A DNA stretch of 64,000 nt, taken from contig NC_091999.1 of NCBI RefSeq assembly GCF_044704955.1, positions 58,280,001 through 58,344,000 of the forward strand. Reading direction: 5' to 3'. The position numbers were made by a program, and so were the translations under genes. This stretch comes from Pristiophorus japonicus (lineage: Eukaryota). Each line of letters opens with the position of its first letter. Position 1 is the stretch's first letter. The notes below the pieces were generated by a model. The model worked only from the letters and a program-made list of their open reading frames with translations. It was not told where the DNA came from and ran no database searches. Shown one piece after another: positions 22,175 through 36,805 of this stretch.

Positions 22175-22905
22175 CTGTGAAGCAGAAATATAAATCAAGC
22201 CAAGCTTCATCTTCACAATCAGGGTAACAGCATGCAGCCTTCATTCCCCCAAGAACAATAAATCACCTTTGAGATATCAAGCACTCGCTGTCGCTTAAAC
22301 AAATCGTTATTGGAAGGACAACAGATTGGCAACGTGCCCGGGAGAATCTTTCAAATTTTCTGTGTGTTTACATCCAGAGCCACCTTTAATGTGCTGTGAA
22401 GCAAATACCCGGCGTAAAACATTAAATACATTCATGCACAATAGTGTTACGAACTGAATAGCGCTCCTCCCGAAAACCCTTGTTCCATTACGCCCGACTA
22501 AAGATCCTTGTGCCCAAACGTTATCACCGTTCTAAAAATGACTCTGCCCCAGGTTCAAGAGCTCAACACGAAACTTACACTGGCTCAAAACGAATAACAA
22601 ATCCAACTCAGGATTTTAGAATCGAAACGAAATACAATTAATATCCTGGTGTCTTGTGATTTTTGGGGCGATGAAAATGTACAAGCAGCACTTGCAGCCC
22701 CCATCCAAGGAGAAAGGTCGGGAGAATGGCATTCCAAAGGCTCTTTTGTGTTTGGGAATCATTTGTAATGTTGGTGTGAAGTAGTTTATTCATTTCTATC
22801 ATTAGTGAGCCTTTATCATGCCTTGTTAAAGAGTGTCAGAAGGAAATATGAATTTCAGTCCATCAAGCCTGTTCCTCCATTCAATTAGTTCTTGGATGAC
22901 CTGCA

Positions 22906-25900
22906 TGTTGTGTATCTGTATAGCATGCATTCCCATGTTCCGACACCTCGCAGCGCATCCCCTGAAGTCCCAAGGGATCCCAGCATCCCTTGAGAGCACT
23001 GTATATAAGCCGGCCTTTAAGGCCTGTTAATCATTCTGGAGTGTCTTAATAAAGACTGAGGTCACTGTTAATTTAACCTCCCTGTGTGCAGTCTCATCTG
23101 TGTTTGGAACACAATAACTGGCGACGAGTATACGAATCCAACGCAAAGATGCACCAAACTGTGGGCATCCTGGAGAATTTCTCGGATGGTGAGGACTGGG
23201 AATTGGATGTCGCACGGCTAGACCAGTACTTTGTAGCCAACGAGCTGGATGGAGAAGGAAGCACTGGAAAAAGGAGAGCGGTGCTCCTCATGGTGTGCGG
23301 GGCACCGACCTACAGCCTCATGAAGTTTCTTCTGGCTCTGGTGAAACCCACAGATATGTCATATGAGGAGCACTGTAAATTGGTTTGGGAGCATCTTAAC
23401 CTGAGGGAGAGCGTGTTGATGGCGAGCTATCGGTTCTACATGTGCCAGCGATCTGAAGGTCAGGAATTGGCGAGCTGCGTCGCTGAGCTAAGGTAACTTG
23501 CAGGACAATGTAAGTTTAATGGCTACCTGGAGCAAATGCTCAGATTTTTTGTACTGGGTATTGGACACGAGACCATCCTATGAAAATTTTGACTGTAGAG
23601 ACACCTACCCTCATTAAGGCCACTGCAATAGCACAGGCGTTTATGTCCACCAGTGAAAACAGCAAACAAATCTCTCAGTACACAAGTGCTAGCAATGTTC
23701 ATAAATTAACTGGAACTGTGTTTTCGAGCAGAAATGTACAGGGCAGAACCCACGAGTCTGCAACTGCCAGAAGGCCTCAGGTGACCCAGATGACTCAGAG
23801 CCCGCAACAAAGGATGAATGCAAGGCAATTCCACCTTGACGGCTTTGTGGAGGCTTCCATTCAGCCTATTCATGCCGCTTCAAAGGGTATGGTTGCAAGA
23901 GCTGTGGAACAATGGAGCTCCTCCAACGAGCTTGCAGATGAGCTGCAAGCTCGGCAAAACGTGCTAACCACCACGTGGCAGAGGAAGATCGGTCCATGGT
24001 GGATCAAAGCTATTTCGAGCCTCAGAGAGAGGAGGCAGATGCTGAAATACACTCGGTTCACACATTTTTGATGAAATGTCCACCTATAATGCTAAATATA
24101 AAATAGAATTGCTTACCCGTAGCCATTGAACTGGACACTGGCGCTAGCCAATCTACCTTGAGTAAAAAGATGTTTCAGAGACTGTGGTGCAACAAGGCAC
24201 TCAGACCATCCCTAAGCCCCATCCACACGAAACAGATAACTTGCACCAAATAGCGTATCACTGTCCTGGGCAGCGCCATGGTCAACGTCACCTACGAGGG
24301 CACGGTGCATGAACTGCCACTCTGGAATGTCCCGGGGGATGACCCCACACTGCTTGGAAGGAGCTGACTGGGCAAAATCCACCGGAACTGGGATGACTTC
24401 CGAGCGCTATCACAGGTTCTTCAAAAATGTCCTTCCTTTTTGAGCCAGGCATTGGAAACATTTCCGGGCGAAGGTGCCACTTGGTCCCAGAGGCACGACA
24501 CTTTCACCACAAGGCGCGAGCGGTACTGCACATGATGAGGGACAGAATGTAAATCGAGCTGGACAGCTGCAACGCGAGGGCATCATCTCCCCAGTAGAAT
24601 TCAGCGAGTGGGCCAGCCCGATTGTTCCAGTACTCAAAAGTGATGGCACGGTCTGGATTTGTGGCGATTATAAAGTAACTATTAATCGTTTCTCTCTACA
24701 GGACAAATACCCACTACCTAAGGCAGATGACGTATTTGTGACGCTGGCAGGAGGCAAGATGTTGGCCAAGCTCGACCTGACTTCGGCCTACATGATGCAA
24801 GAGCTGGAGGAGTCTTCGAATGGCCTCACCTGCATCAACATGCAAAAGGATTGTTCATCTACACAGATGCCCATTTGGAACTCGGTCGGCTGCAGCGATC
24901 TTCCAGAGAAACACGGAGAGCCTACTCAAGTCAGTACCACGCACGGTGGTTTTTCATGACGACATATTGGTCACAGGTCGGGACACCATCGAGCACCTAC
25001 AAAACTTGGAGGAGGTCCTTCAGCTGCGGTCGTACCTGGGACTCCTTAACTATTTTGATTACTTCCTACCGGGGTTAAGCATCCTCTTAGAGCCCCTACA
25101 TGTGTTATTGACTAAAGGTGAGAACTGGTTATGGGGAAAAAAACAAGTATTGCTTTTGAGAAAGTCAGAAATATTTTATGCTCCATCAAGCTGCTTGTAT
25201 TGCATAACCCATGTAAAAGACTTGTGCTAGCATGTGATGCGTCGTCGTACAGAGTCGAGTGTGTATTACAACAAGCTAACAATGTGGAGAAGTTGCAACC
25301 TGTCGCCTATGCCTCCAGGAGCTTGTCTAAGGCCGAGAGGGCCTACAGAATGATTGATAAAAACGCATTAACGTGTGTGTTCGGGGTAAAGAAAATGCGT
25401 CAGTACCTATTTGGCCTCATATTTGAGCTAGAAACCGATCACAAGCCCCTCATATCCCTGTACACTGAAAACAAGGGGATAAATACTAATGTCTCATCCC
25501 GCATACAAAGGTGGGCACTCGCACTATCAGCGTACAACTATACCATCCGCCACAGGCCAGGCACCGATAACTGTGCAGTTGTTCTCAGTTGGCTACCATT
25601 GCCCACCATGGGGGTGTAAATGGCGCAGCCTGCAAACTTATTGACGGTGGCGCAGCCCGCAGACTTGTTGATGGGCATGGAAGCGTTTGAAAATGATAAA
25701 TCACCGATCACGGACCACCAGATTCGGACTTGGATCAGCCAAGAACCCCTTTTGTCCCGAGTAAAAAACTGTGTACTGCATGCGAGCTGGGCCAGCAAAC
25801 CCGTTGAAATGCAAAAGCTAATCAAGCCGTTCCAGCGGTGAAAGGACAAGCTGTCCATTCAGGCAGACTGCCTGTTGTGCAGTAACCACCTAGTGCTACC

Positions 25901-27311
25901 CAAAACGGGCAGGGAGACGTTCATCTCGGATCTCCAAAGCACACCACCGGGTAAAGTAATGATGAAAGCGATAGCCAGATCCCACGTGTGGTGGCCCGGT
26001 ATCGACTCTGACTTGAAGTCTTGTGTATGCCAATGCAGCGTGTGTGCTCAGTTGAGCAACACGCCCAGAGAGGCACCACTAAATTTGTAGTCCTGGCCCT
26101 CCAGACCATGATCGAGGATCCATGTCGACTATGCGGGCCCGTTTCTCGGTATAATGTTCCTGGTGGTGGTGGATGATTTTTCAAAATGGATTGAATGTGA
26201 AGTAATGTCGGGAAGCACCGCCACCGCCATCATTGAAAGCCTGAGGGCCATGTTTGCCGCCCACGGCCAGCCTGACATACTGGTCAGTGACAACGGGCCA
26301 TGTTTCACCAGTGCCGAATTTAAAGAATTCATGACCCGCAATGGGATCAAACATGTAACCTCCGCCCCGTTTGAACCATCCTCCAATGAGCAGGCAGAGC
26401 GGGCAGTACAAATAATCAAACAGAGCCTCAAACAAGTCACAGAAGGCTTACTCGAAACCCGCCTGTCCCGAGTGCTGCTCAGCTACTGCACGTGACCCCA
26501 CTCACTCACAGGGGTTCCCCCGGCTGAGCTATTCATGAAAAGGACACTTAAAACCAGACTCTCACTGGTTCTCCACAACCTGCATGACCAGGTAGAGAGC
26601 AGGCGGCAGCAACAAAATGTAAACGATGGTCGCGCCACTGTGTCAGGGGAAATTGATCTGAATGACCCTGTGTATGTGCTAAACTATGGACATGGTCCGA
26701 AGTGGATCGCGGGCAGGGTGATAGCTAAAGAAGGGAGTAGGATGTTTGTACTCAAACTAGCCAATGGACAAATTTGCAGAAGCACTTGGACCACACGAGG
26801 CTGTGGTTCATAGACTGCCCTGAACAACCCACAACAGACACCACCTTTTTCGAGCGCATAACACACACCAAAAGGATCAACAACGCCATGCCGGACCAGG
26901 AAATCGAACCCATCACGCCCAACAGCCCAGCAAGGCCAGGCTCACCCAGCAGCTCTGCAGGGCCAACAACACACCAGCCAAGCGAGGGTGCAGCCAACAC
27001 ACCAGAACCGACATTTTTATCAAGGCCGTCCACCAGGGAAAGAAAGGCTCCCGACCGCCTCACCTTGTAAATAGTTTTCACTTTGACTTTGAGGGGGAGT
27101 GATGCTGTGCATCTGTAAAGCATGCACTCCCATGTTCCGCCACCAGGGAGCGCATCCCCAGAAGACCCAAGGGATCCCAGCATCCCTTGAGAGCACTGTA
27201 TATAAGCTGGCCCCGAAGGTCTGTTACTCACTCTGGATTGTCTTAATAAAGACTGAGGTCACTGTTACTTTAACCTTCCTCTGAAGTCTCATCTGTGTTA
27301 GGAACACAATA
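22906..27311 (+). mobile_element. Ty3/Gypsy LTR retrotransposon, degenerate, both LTRs present
   Basis: LTRs 22906-23116 and 27103-27311 (TG-start, ACACAATA end), PBS TGGCGACGAG 23119-23128, PPT GAGGGGGAG 27091-27099. Gag, protease (LDTGA), RT (WASPIVPV, CGDY, FHDD), RNase H (ACDAS, ETDHKPL) and integrase (VSDNG) in Gypsy order. Degenerate 5-bp TSD CTGCA/CTATA. Confidence 0.93.
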
Positions 27312-27523
27312 CTATACCTCAATATCATCTATCCGCCTCATTTGTGTAACCCCTTGCCTAACAAAGATGTATCAATCTCAGTTTTGACATTTTCAATTGA
27401 TCCTCCGCCTCAACAGCTGTTGGGGGAGAGATTTCCAGATTACTATTATTTTACCCAATAATCTTTCTTTAGTGAAACTGATTGTTTGAAGTTTCCTCCT
27501 CCCTATAGCTACTTTATTGTCCT

Positions 27524-30500
27524 ACCTGGGCAGGACCGGAACCAATGCCCGAGTGGGAGTGTTTGCTAGTGCTGTTGGGGAGGAGTTAAACTAATATGGC
27601 AGGGGGATGGGAACCAATGCAGGGAGACAGAGGGAAACAAAAAGGAGACAAAAGCAAAAGACAGAAAGGAGATGAGGAAAAGTGGAGGGCAGAGAAACCC
27701 AAGGCAAAGAACAAAAAGGGCCACTGTACAGCAAAATTCTAAAAGGACAAAGGATGTTAAAAAAACAAGCCTGAAGGCTTTGTGTCTTAATGCAAGGAGT
27801 ATCCGTAATAAGTTGGATGAATTAACTGTGCAAATAGTTCTTAACAAATATGATGTGATTTGGATTACAGAGTCGTGGCTCCAGGATGATCAGAGCTGGG
27901 AACTCAACATCCAGGGGTATTCAACTTTCAGGAAGGATAGAATAAAAGGAAATGGAGGTGGGGTAGCATTGCTGGTTAAGGAGGAGATTAATGCAATAGT
28001 TAGGAAGGACATTAGCTTGGATGATGTGGAATCGATATGGGTAGAGCTGCAGAACACCAAAGGGCAAAAAACGTTCGTCGGAGTTGTGTACAGACCTCAC
28101 AACAGTAGTAGTGATGTCGGGGAGGGCATCAAACAGGAAATTAGCGGTGCAAGCATTAAAGGTGCAGCAGTTATAATGGGTGACTTTAATATGCACATAG
28201 ATTGGGCGAACCAAACTTGAAGCAATACGGTGAAGGAGGATTTCCTGGGGTGCATAAGGGATGGTTTTCGAGACCAATATGTCGAGGAACCAACTAGGGG
28301 GGAGTCCATCTTAGACTGGGTGTAGTGTAATGAGAGAGCATTAATTAGCAATCTCGTTTTGCGAGACCCCTTGGGGAAGAGTGACCATAATATGGTGGAA
28401 TTCTGCATTAGGATGCAGAATGAAACAGTTAATTCAGAGACCATGGTCCAGAACTTAAGAAGGCTAACTTTGAAGATATGAGGCGTGAATTGGCAAAGAT
28501 AGATTGGCGAATGAGACTTAAGGGGTTGACTGTGGATGGGCAATGGCAGACATTTAGAGACCGCATGGATGAACGACAACAATTGTACATTGCTGTCTGG
28601 CGTAAAAATGAAAAAGGGAAGGTGGCTCAACCGTGGCTATCAAGAGAAATCAGGGATAGTATTAAAGCCAGGGAAGTGGCATACAAATTGGCCAGAAATA
28701 GCAGCGAACACGGGGACTGGGAGAAATTTAGAACTTAGCAGAGGAGGACAAAGGGTTTGATGAGGGCAAGGATAATGGATTACGAGAAGAAGCTTGCAGA
28801 GAACATTAAGATGGATTGCAAAAGTTTCGAGAGATATGTAAGGGAAAAAGGTTAGTAAAGACAAAGGTAGGTCCCCTGCAGTCAGAATCAGGGGAAGTCA
28901 TAACGGGGAACAAAGAAATGGCGGACCAGTTGAACAAGTACTTTGGTTCGGCATTCACTAAGGAGGACACAAACAACCTTCCGGATATAAAAGGGGTCAG
29001 AGGGTCTAGTAAGGAGGAGGAACTGAGTTAATTCTTATTAGTCGGGAAATTGTGTTGGGGAAATTGATGGAATTCAAGGCCGATAAATCACCAGGGCCTG
29101 ATGCACTGCATTCCAGCCTACTTAAGGAGGTTGCCTTGGAAATAGCGGATGCATTGACAGTCGTTTTCCAACATTCCATTGACTCAGGATCAGTTCCTAT
29201 CGCGTGGAGAGTAGCCAATGTAATCCCACTTTTTAAAAAAGCAGTGAGAGAGACAACAGGGAATTATAGACCGGTCAGCCTGACACCGGTAGTGGGTAAA
29301 ATGATGGAATCAATTATTAAGGATGTCATAGCAGTGCATTTGGAAAGATGTGACATGATAGGTCCAAGTCAGCATGGATTTGTGAAAGGGAAATCATGCT
29401 TGACAAATCTTCTGGAATTTTTTGAGGATGTTTCCAGTAGAGTGCACAAGGGAGAACCAGTTGATGTGGTATATTTGGACTTTCAGAAGGCTTTCGACAA
29501 GGTCCCACACAAGAGGTTAATGTGCAAAGTTAAAGCACATGGGATTGGGGGTAGTGCGCTGACATGGATTGAGAACTGGTTGTGAGACAGGAGGCAAAGT
29601 GTAGGAGTAAATGGGTACTTTTCAGAATGGCAGGCATTGACTAGTGGGGTACCGCAATGTTCTGTGCTAGGGCCCCAGCTGTTTACATTGTACCTTAATG
29701 ATTTAGACGATGGGATTAAATGTAGTATCTCCAAATTTACGGATAACACTAAGTTGGGTGGCAGTGTGAGCTGCGAGGAGGATGCCAGGAGGCTGCAGAG
29801 CGACTTTGATAGGTTATGTGAGTGGGCAAATGCATGCAGATGAGGTATAATGTGGATAAATGTGAGGTTATCCACTTTGGTGGTAAAAACAGAGAGACAG
29901 ACTATTATCTGAATGGTGACAGATTAGGAAAATGGGAGGTGCAACGAGACCTGGGTGTCATGGTACATCAGTCATTGAAGGTTGTCATGCAGGTACAGCA
30001 GGCGGTTAAGAAAGCAAAAGGCATGTTGGTCTTCATAGCGAGCGGATTTGAGTACAGGGGCAGAGAGGTGTTGCTACAATTGTACAGGGCCTTGGTGAGG
30101 ACACACCTGGAGTATTGTGTACAGTTTTGATCTCCTAACCTGAGGAAGGACATTCTTGCTATTGAGGGAGTGCGGCGATTCCCGGGATGGCGGGACTGAC
30201 CTATCAAGAAAGACTGGATCAACTGGGCTTGTATTCACTGGAGTTCAGAAAAATGAGAGGGGACCTCATAGAAACGTTTAAAATTTTGATGGGTTTAGAA
30301 AGGTTAGATCCACGGAGAATGTTCCCAATGTTGGGAAGTCCAGAACCAGGGGACACAGTCTGAGGATAAGGGGTAAGCAATTTAGGACCGAAATGAGGAG
30401 AAACTTCCTCACCCAGTGAGTGGTGAACCTGTGGAATTCTCTATCACAGAAAGTTGTTGAGGCCAATTCGCTAAATATATTCAAAAAGGAGTTTGATGAA

Positions 30501-30648
30501 GTCCTTACTACTAGGGGGATCAAGGGGTATGGCGAGAAGGCAGGAATGGAGTACTGAAGTTGCATGTTCAGTCATGAACTCATTGAATGGCGGCGCAGGC
30601 TAGAAGGGCCGAATGGCCTACTCCCGCACCTAGTTTCTATGTTTCTAT
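27524..30648 (+). mobile_element. 5'-truncated CR1 (ORF1 end + disrupted ORF2), nested in an older minus-strand CR1 fragment
   Basis: Homologous to 4070-7204. Flanks (...ctttattgtc / tattgggatg...) rejoin to the sequence seen uninterrupted at 33150-33172. Confidence 0.92.
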
Positions 30649-31059
30649 ATTGGGATGTTTTTAGTATCGTGTACCGTGAAGACCGATAACAAATATTCGT
30701 TCATATATAGATACAGAGATAGATAGATGTATAGGTAGATATGTACATATAAAGGTAGATAGATGGATAGATGGAGAAAAAGAGCGAGAGATTGTGTGTG
30801 ANNNNNNNNNNNNNNNNNNNNNNNNNNNNNNNNNNNNNNNNNNNNNNNNNNNNNNNNNNNNNNNNNNNNNNNNNNNNNNNNNNNNNNNNNNNNNNNNNNN
30901 NNNNNNNNNNNNNNNNNNNNNNNNNNNNNNNNNNNNNNNNNNNNNNNNNNNNNNNNNNNNNNNNNNNNNNNNNNNNNNNNNNNNNNNNNNNNNNNNNNNN
31001 NNNNNNNNNNNNGATAGATAGATGGAAAGATATATCGATATATGTACAACATTATAGAG

Positions 31060-31830
31060 AGGGTTGTTGATATAAATTAGGACAGAGAGTGCAATATGTA
31101 GATTATTGGACAGACTGATAGATCGAAAGGTATTGATGCAATAAATAATTTGGTAGATTGACAAATGTCATGTTGAATCCCAAGGAGTAGAATAAGAATG
31201 TGAACAGATGAATTGTGAATTATTTTGAATAAAACCCTATCTCTGTTTGAAGTTCTGATTAAGAATGTGTAAAATGCTTAGTGTCATCATCAGGGTATGG
31301 AAATCTTATTGTGTGCTGACACCTGATCTACTGCACAATGTCAATGAGATCTAATCATACACTAATACTGTGGGAGGAAGTCAGGAGATATAAATCTCAG
31401 TATGTACTGACACATGATTTACTGCACTGTGGTTATGGGGATTCGTCATGTACAAATGTAGTGTGAGGAAGTCACAGATGAAAATATATGTGTCAACTGA
31501 CACTGGATCTAATATGAACACGTGTTTATCTGTAATAACAAAGTCCAGGAACATTGCCCTAACCAGTCCCCCAATAGAGGGAGGACAACTATATCCCGTC
31601 TATCTGTGTATGAATTTGATCCCGTCTCCAAACGAAAGTCACTGAGCTACTGACACATCCTATCCACCATTAGATAGAACAGACCTTCATCCCCTTGTCC
31701 GCGTTTGCATTTCACCTCAAGTTCCAGGGGTGAATCAAACACTCATCCTACCAATGCTTGTATACTATTGAGGTTCACATCAGAATTCGCATCCAATTGG
31801 GGTGGCAGAGGAAAACGGAGAGGTAGATAG
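31060..31830 (+). repeat. Local duplicated module, copy A (paralogous to 34545-35070)
   Basis: Colinear similarity, e.g. gaattattttgaataaaaccctatctct and catcagggtatggaaatcttattgtg in both copies. Confidence 0.85.
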
Positions 31831-31834
31831 ATAG

Positions 31835-34250
31835 TTAAGCATGCTCTCTGCATCTAACTTGTCGAACACCCTCAGTAACTTATATGTTTCAACGTGTTCA
31901 CATCTCATTCTTCTAATCCTCAATGTGTATAGATCCAACCTGCTCCACCTTTTTTCATAAGTCACCACATTTATCTCAGGATTCAAACTAGTGAATCTTT
32001 TCTGAACTCCATCCAATGCCAGTATATCCCTCGTTAAATAAGGAGACCAAAACTGTACGAAGTGTTGTTGGTGTGGTCACACCAATATCCTGTACAGTTG
32101 TAGCAGGACTTTCCTACGTTTATATTCCATCCCCATTGCAATAAAGGCCAACATTCAATTTGCCATCCTGATTACTTGCCTTACATTCATACTAACGTTT
32201 ATCTTTCATGCTCAAGACTTCAGGTCCCGCTGTACTGCGGCATTTTGTAATCCATCTCTATTAAAATATTAATTTTTTTGTTGTTGTTCCTGCCACACTT
32301 TCCCATATAATGCCCCATCTGCCCAATATTTTCCCACTCACTTAGCCTGTCTATATCCCTTTGCAGATTCTCTGTGTCCTCCTCACCACATGCTTTCCCA
32401 CCCACCTTTGCATAATCAACAAACTTGGCCACATTACACTCCATTCATTCATCCATGTCATTAATATAGATTGCAAATAGTTGAGGCCATAGCACCAATC
32501 ACTGTGGCACCCCATTAGTTACCGTTGCCCACCGTAAAATGAACTGTTTATCCCGACTCTCTGTTTTCTGTTAGTTAGCCAATCCTCTATCCATGCAAAT
32601 ATAGTACCACCGACCCCCTGAGCTTGTCTCCTGTGCAGTAACCTTTTATGTGGCAACTGATCGAATGCCTTCTGGAAATCCAAATACAGCACAGCCACTC
32701 GTCTCCCCTGATAGTTACATCCTCAAAGAACTCAAGTATATTTGCCAAACATGATTTACTTCTCAAAAAAATCATGCTGACTCTGCTTGAATGAATTACG
32801 CTTTTCCAAATGCAATGCTCCTACTTCCTTACTAAAGGACTGTGGCATTTTCCCAACGATAGATGTTAGGCTAACTAGTGTCTAATTTCCTGCTTTCTGT
32901 CATCTTACTTTTTGAAAATAGGACCGTTATATTTGCGATTTTTCTATCCGTTGGGATCTCTCCAGAATCCAGGGAATTTTGGTAAATTGCAAACAATGCA
33001 TCCAATATCTCTGCAGCCACTTCTTTTAGGACCTGAGGATGCGGATCATGAGTTCCAGGCGACTTGTCCAACTTTAGTTCCATTATTTTACCCAATACTT
33101 TTTCTTTCGTGAAAGTGATTGTTTTACGTTTCCTCCTCCCTATAGTCACTTTATTGTCTATTATTGGGATGTGTTTAGTGTCTTGTACCGTGAAGATCGA
33201 AACCAAATGTTTGTTCACAGAGGGATAGAGAAATAGGTCCCTCTGTACTGCTGAATTTTGTAGTCCTTCTCTATTAAAATATTAAATTGCTTTTTTATGG
33301 TTCATGCCAAAGTGGACAACTTCACTTTTACTCACATTATGCACCATCTGCAAAATCTTTTCCCACTCACTTAGCCTGTCTATATCCCGTTTTATATTCG
33401 TTGTGTCCTCCTCACAACATGCTTTCCCGCCCATGTTTGTATAAACAGCAAACGTGGCGACATTACACATGGTTCCTTCATCCAAATCGTTAATCTTCAT
33501 TGTAAATAGTTGAGGCCATAGCACTGATCACTGTAGCATCCCATGAATTACGGTTTTCCCAAAGTAAAATGACCCGTTTATCCCGACTCTCTATTTTCTG
33601 TTAGTTAGCCAATCCTCTGTCCATGCCAATATATTATCACCGACCCCCTGAGCTTGTATCGTGTGCAGTAACCTTTATGTGGCACCTGATCGAATGCCTT
33701 CTGGAGATCAAAATACACAACATCCACTCATTCCCTCTTATCCACCGTGATAGTTAAATTCTAAAATAATTCCACAATATTTGTCAAACATGATTTACTT
33801 TAAAAAAAATCATGCTGACTCTGCTTGAATGTATTATGCTTTTGCAAATGCAATGCTACTACTTCCTTACGAAAGGATTCGAGCATTTTCCCCACGACAA
33901 ATGCTAGGCTAACCAGTGTATAATGTCCTTTTTTCTGTCGTCTTCATTTTTTAAATAGCACCATTATATTTGCGATTTTCCAATCCATTGCGATATCTCC
34001 AGAATCCAGGGAATTTTGGTAGAATGCAAACAATGCATCCAATATCTCTGCAGCCACTTCTTTTCAGACCCGAGGATGCGGACCATCAGTTCCAGGCGAC
34101 TTGTGAAAATTTAGTCCCATTATGCTAACCAATACTTTTTCTTAAGTGAAATGTTTTAAGTTTCCTCCTCCCCATTTCCACTTTGTTGTCTATTATTGGG
34201 ATGTTCTTAGTGTCGTGTACCATGAAGGCCGAGACAAAATATTTGTTCAT
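31835..34250 (-). mobile_element. Old CR1 RT fragments with ~1-kb tandem duplication (32225-33218 vs 33240-34250)
   Basis: Two successive diverged copies of the same RT segment ending at the same breakpoint (...aaatatttgttca). Confidence 0.8.
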
Positions 34251-34544
34251 ATATCGATAGATAGATAGATAAANNNNNNNNNNNNNNNNNNNNNNNNNNN
34301 NNNNNNNNNNNNNNNNNNNNNNNNNNNNNNNNNNNNNNNNNNNNNNNNNNNNNNNNNNNNNNNNNNNNNNNNNNNNNNNNNNNNNNNNNNNNNNNNNNNN
34401 NNNNNNNNNNNNNNNNNNNNNNNNNNNNNNNNNNNNNNNNNNNNNNNNNNNNNNNNNNNNNNNNNNNNNNNNNNNNNNNNNNNNNNNNNNNNNNNNNNNN
34501 NNNNNNNNNNNNNNNNNNNNNNNNNNNNNNNNNNNNNNNAACAT

Positions 34545-35070
34545 ATAAAGAGAGTTGTTGATATAAGTTAAGAAATTAAGACAAATAGAGCTCTATGTAG
34601 ATTATAGGGCAGACTGATAGATAGAAAGATATTGATGCATTGAACAATTTGGTTGATTGATAAAAGTTCAATCTGAAAGATTAGAACAAGAATGTGAATG
34701 GACGGATATCTGAATTATTTTGAATAAAACCCTATCTCTTTTTGTAGTTCGGATTAAGAATGTAGAAAATGCTGAGCTTTATCATCAGGGTATGGAAATC
34801 TTATTGTGCACTGACAGCTGATCTACTGCACCGTGGCAGTGGGGACCAGTCATATACAAATGTAGTGAGAGGAAGTCACTGCTGAAAATCTCTGTGTTGA
34901 CTGACACCGGATCTAATATGAATATTTGTCGCACTGTAATAACATAGCTCAGGACCATTGGCCTACCCAGTTCCCCAATAGGTGGAGGTCAACTGTACCC
35001 CGTCTATCTCTATCGGATTTTACCCCAGAAATCACATCCAATTGGGGTGGCGGGAGGAAATGGGAGATAG
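34545..35070 (+). repeat. Local duplicated module, copy B
   Basis: See copy A; lacks one internal ~100-bp unit. Confidence 0.85.
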
Positions 35071-35284
35071 AAACATAGAAACACAGAAAATAGGTGCAGA
35101 AGTAGGCCATTCGGCCCTTACATCCTGCACCACAATTCAATAAAATCATGGATAATCATTCACATCAGAACCCGTTTCCTGCTTTCTCTCCATACCCCTT
35201 GATCCCTTTAGCCACAAGGGCTATATCTAACTCTCTCTTGAATATATCCAATGAACTGGCATTAAGAACTCTCTGCGGTAGGGA
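35066..35284 (-). mobile_element. Short CR1 3'-end fragment
   Basis: Tail + 3'UTR + ORF2 end (DIFKRELDIALVAKGIKGYGEKAG). Confidence 0.85.
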
Positions 35285-36074
35285 TCTATCTATCGATCTA
35301 TCTCTCAATCTNNNNNNNNNNNNNNNNNNNNNNNNNNNNNNNNNNNNNNNNNNNNNNNNNNNNNNNNNNNNNNNNNNNNNNNNNNNNNNNNNNNNNNNNN
35401 NNNNNNNNNNNNNNNNNNNNNNNNNNNNNNNNNNNNNNNNNNNNNNNNNNNNNNNNTCTATCTCTCGATCATGCTTTTCTCTCACCATCTCCCATTGCAA
35501 ATTGCTACATCAACATTTTTCATTCAATTGTGCATTATTAAATGTAGTTGTAGTTGCTGAGACTCACTACGAGGCCACTTCGTTTCTACTGTCTCTATCC
35601 CAAATGTGTTGCCATTTTGAGTATATGAAAACAAATTGCATGCATCAATTTGACCTGGGCAACGCCACGAGCAATCTGCTGCTGAATATCGGAAGTCACG
35701 AGCGAACCTCGGACTACTAGACCTCATTGCTGGTGACGTACTGTCACGTTTCCGGCGACTCCAAGCCAGCAGTGGTGCTTCACATGCAGTTTGCATACGG
35801 TAGATCTAGTTATGGGACCAAATAATTCACTGATGGAAGACGATAAAATTTAAGACATGCTGTGTGTAGACAGGGCGGGGAGGCAATAGGAAGGCATAAG
35901 TCTTTCGGGATGGTATATGGTTAGAATTGATGTGGGGACATGATTTTACCGAGTCTCCACCCATGTTCCTCAATTGGAAAATAGCGGCTGCATGAAGCAG
36001 GTCCATGTGCTTTTTCCCTTCCTTCATGATGGATCAGTGGGAATTGTTTGGCGTTGATAGAAGGCTACGTGAAG

Positions 36075-36805
36075 AGAGCCAGGAGAGAGCATGGCAGTGG
36101 CATTAGTTTGGGATTCATATACGACTATAGGGAGAGAGTGGCACACTGAGGTTAGTTTCGGATGGATAAAGGCTATGGTGCTTGGGTGGGCAGTATGATT
36201 TTTGTGGCATTGATAAAGGGCTATGTTGCGTGGGTGTGGCAGTGTGATTAGTGTGGGATTGATACAGGGCTGTGGGGAGAGAGCGGGGCCATGCGATTAG
36301 TTTGGGATTGATACAGGGTTATGGGGAGACAGTGGGGCAGCAGGAGCAGTTTGGGTGAGATTGAGGGCTGTGGGGAGAGAGAGGGCTGTCGGATTAGTAT
36401 GGGATTTGTACAGGGCAATGAGGAGTGAGCTGGACAGTGGGATTCGTTTTGATTTGATGCAGAAATATGGGGAAAGAGGGGAAAGAGCAATTTGTTTTTC
36501 AGTAATACAGAGCTTTGTGGAGAGTATGCAGTGGAATAGTTCGACGAATATAGGGAAATAGAAGAAAGCATACTTAGTTTGGGATTGTAACTGGGGTATA
36601 GGCAATGAGCGAGGCTGTGGGATTAGATTAGAATTCCTACATGAATCTGGGGAAAGAGGCGCATTGGTGTTAGTTTGCAATTGGTATCGGGCTTCCGAGA
36701 GAGAGTGGCTGTATGATTAGTTTCGGTTTATACAGCACTATGAGGAATGAGCGCGGCTGTGGGATTAGATTGATATTTATATACGGCTCTGGAGAGAGAG
36801 GGGAC
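36075..36805. repeat. Degenerate ~49-bp G-rich minisatellite
   Basis: Repeats of ggggagagagtggggcagtgggattagtttgggattgatacagggctat. Confidence 0.8.

Noticed and set aside
30645-31164. ORFs containing X runs (also near 34.3, 35.3, 39.8, 59.3 and 60.8 kb)
   Set aside because: Artefacts of N stretches flanked by simple or tandem repeats.
35827-36027. Minus-strand ORF containing GGDSV, like a V N-terminus
   Set aside because: No Cys, WYxQ, YYC or RSS at the expected spacing.
36075-36805. G-rich tandem repeats upstream of Cmu as a class-switch region
   Set aside because: Not AGCT/WGCW-dense, about 14 kb from the C exons, and sharks lack canonical switch regions; treated as an ordinary minisatellite.
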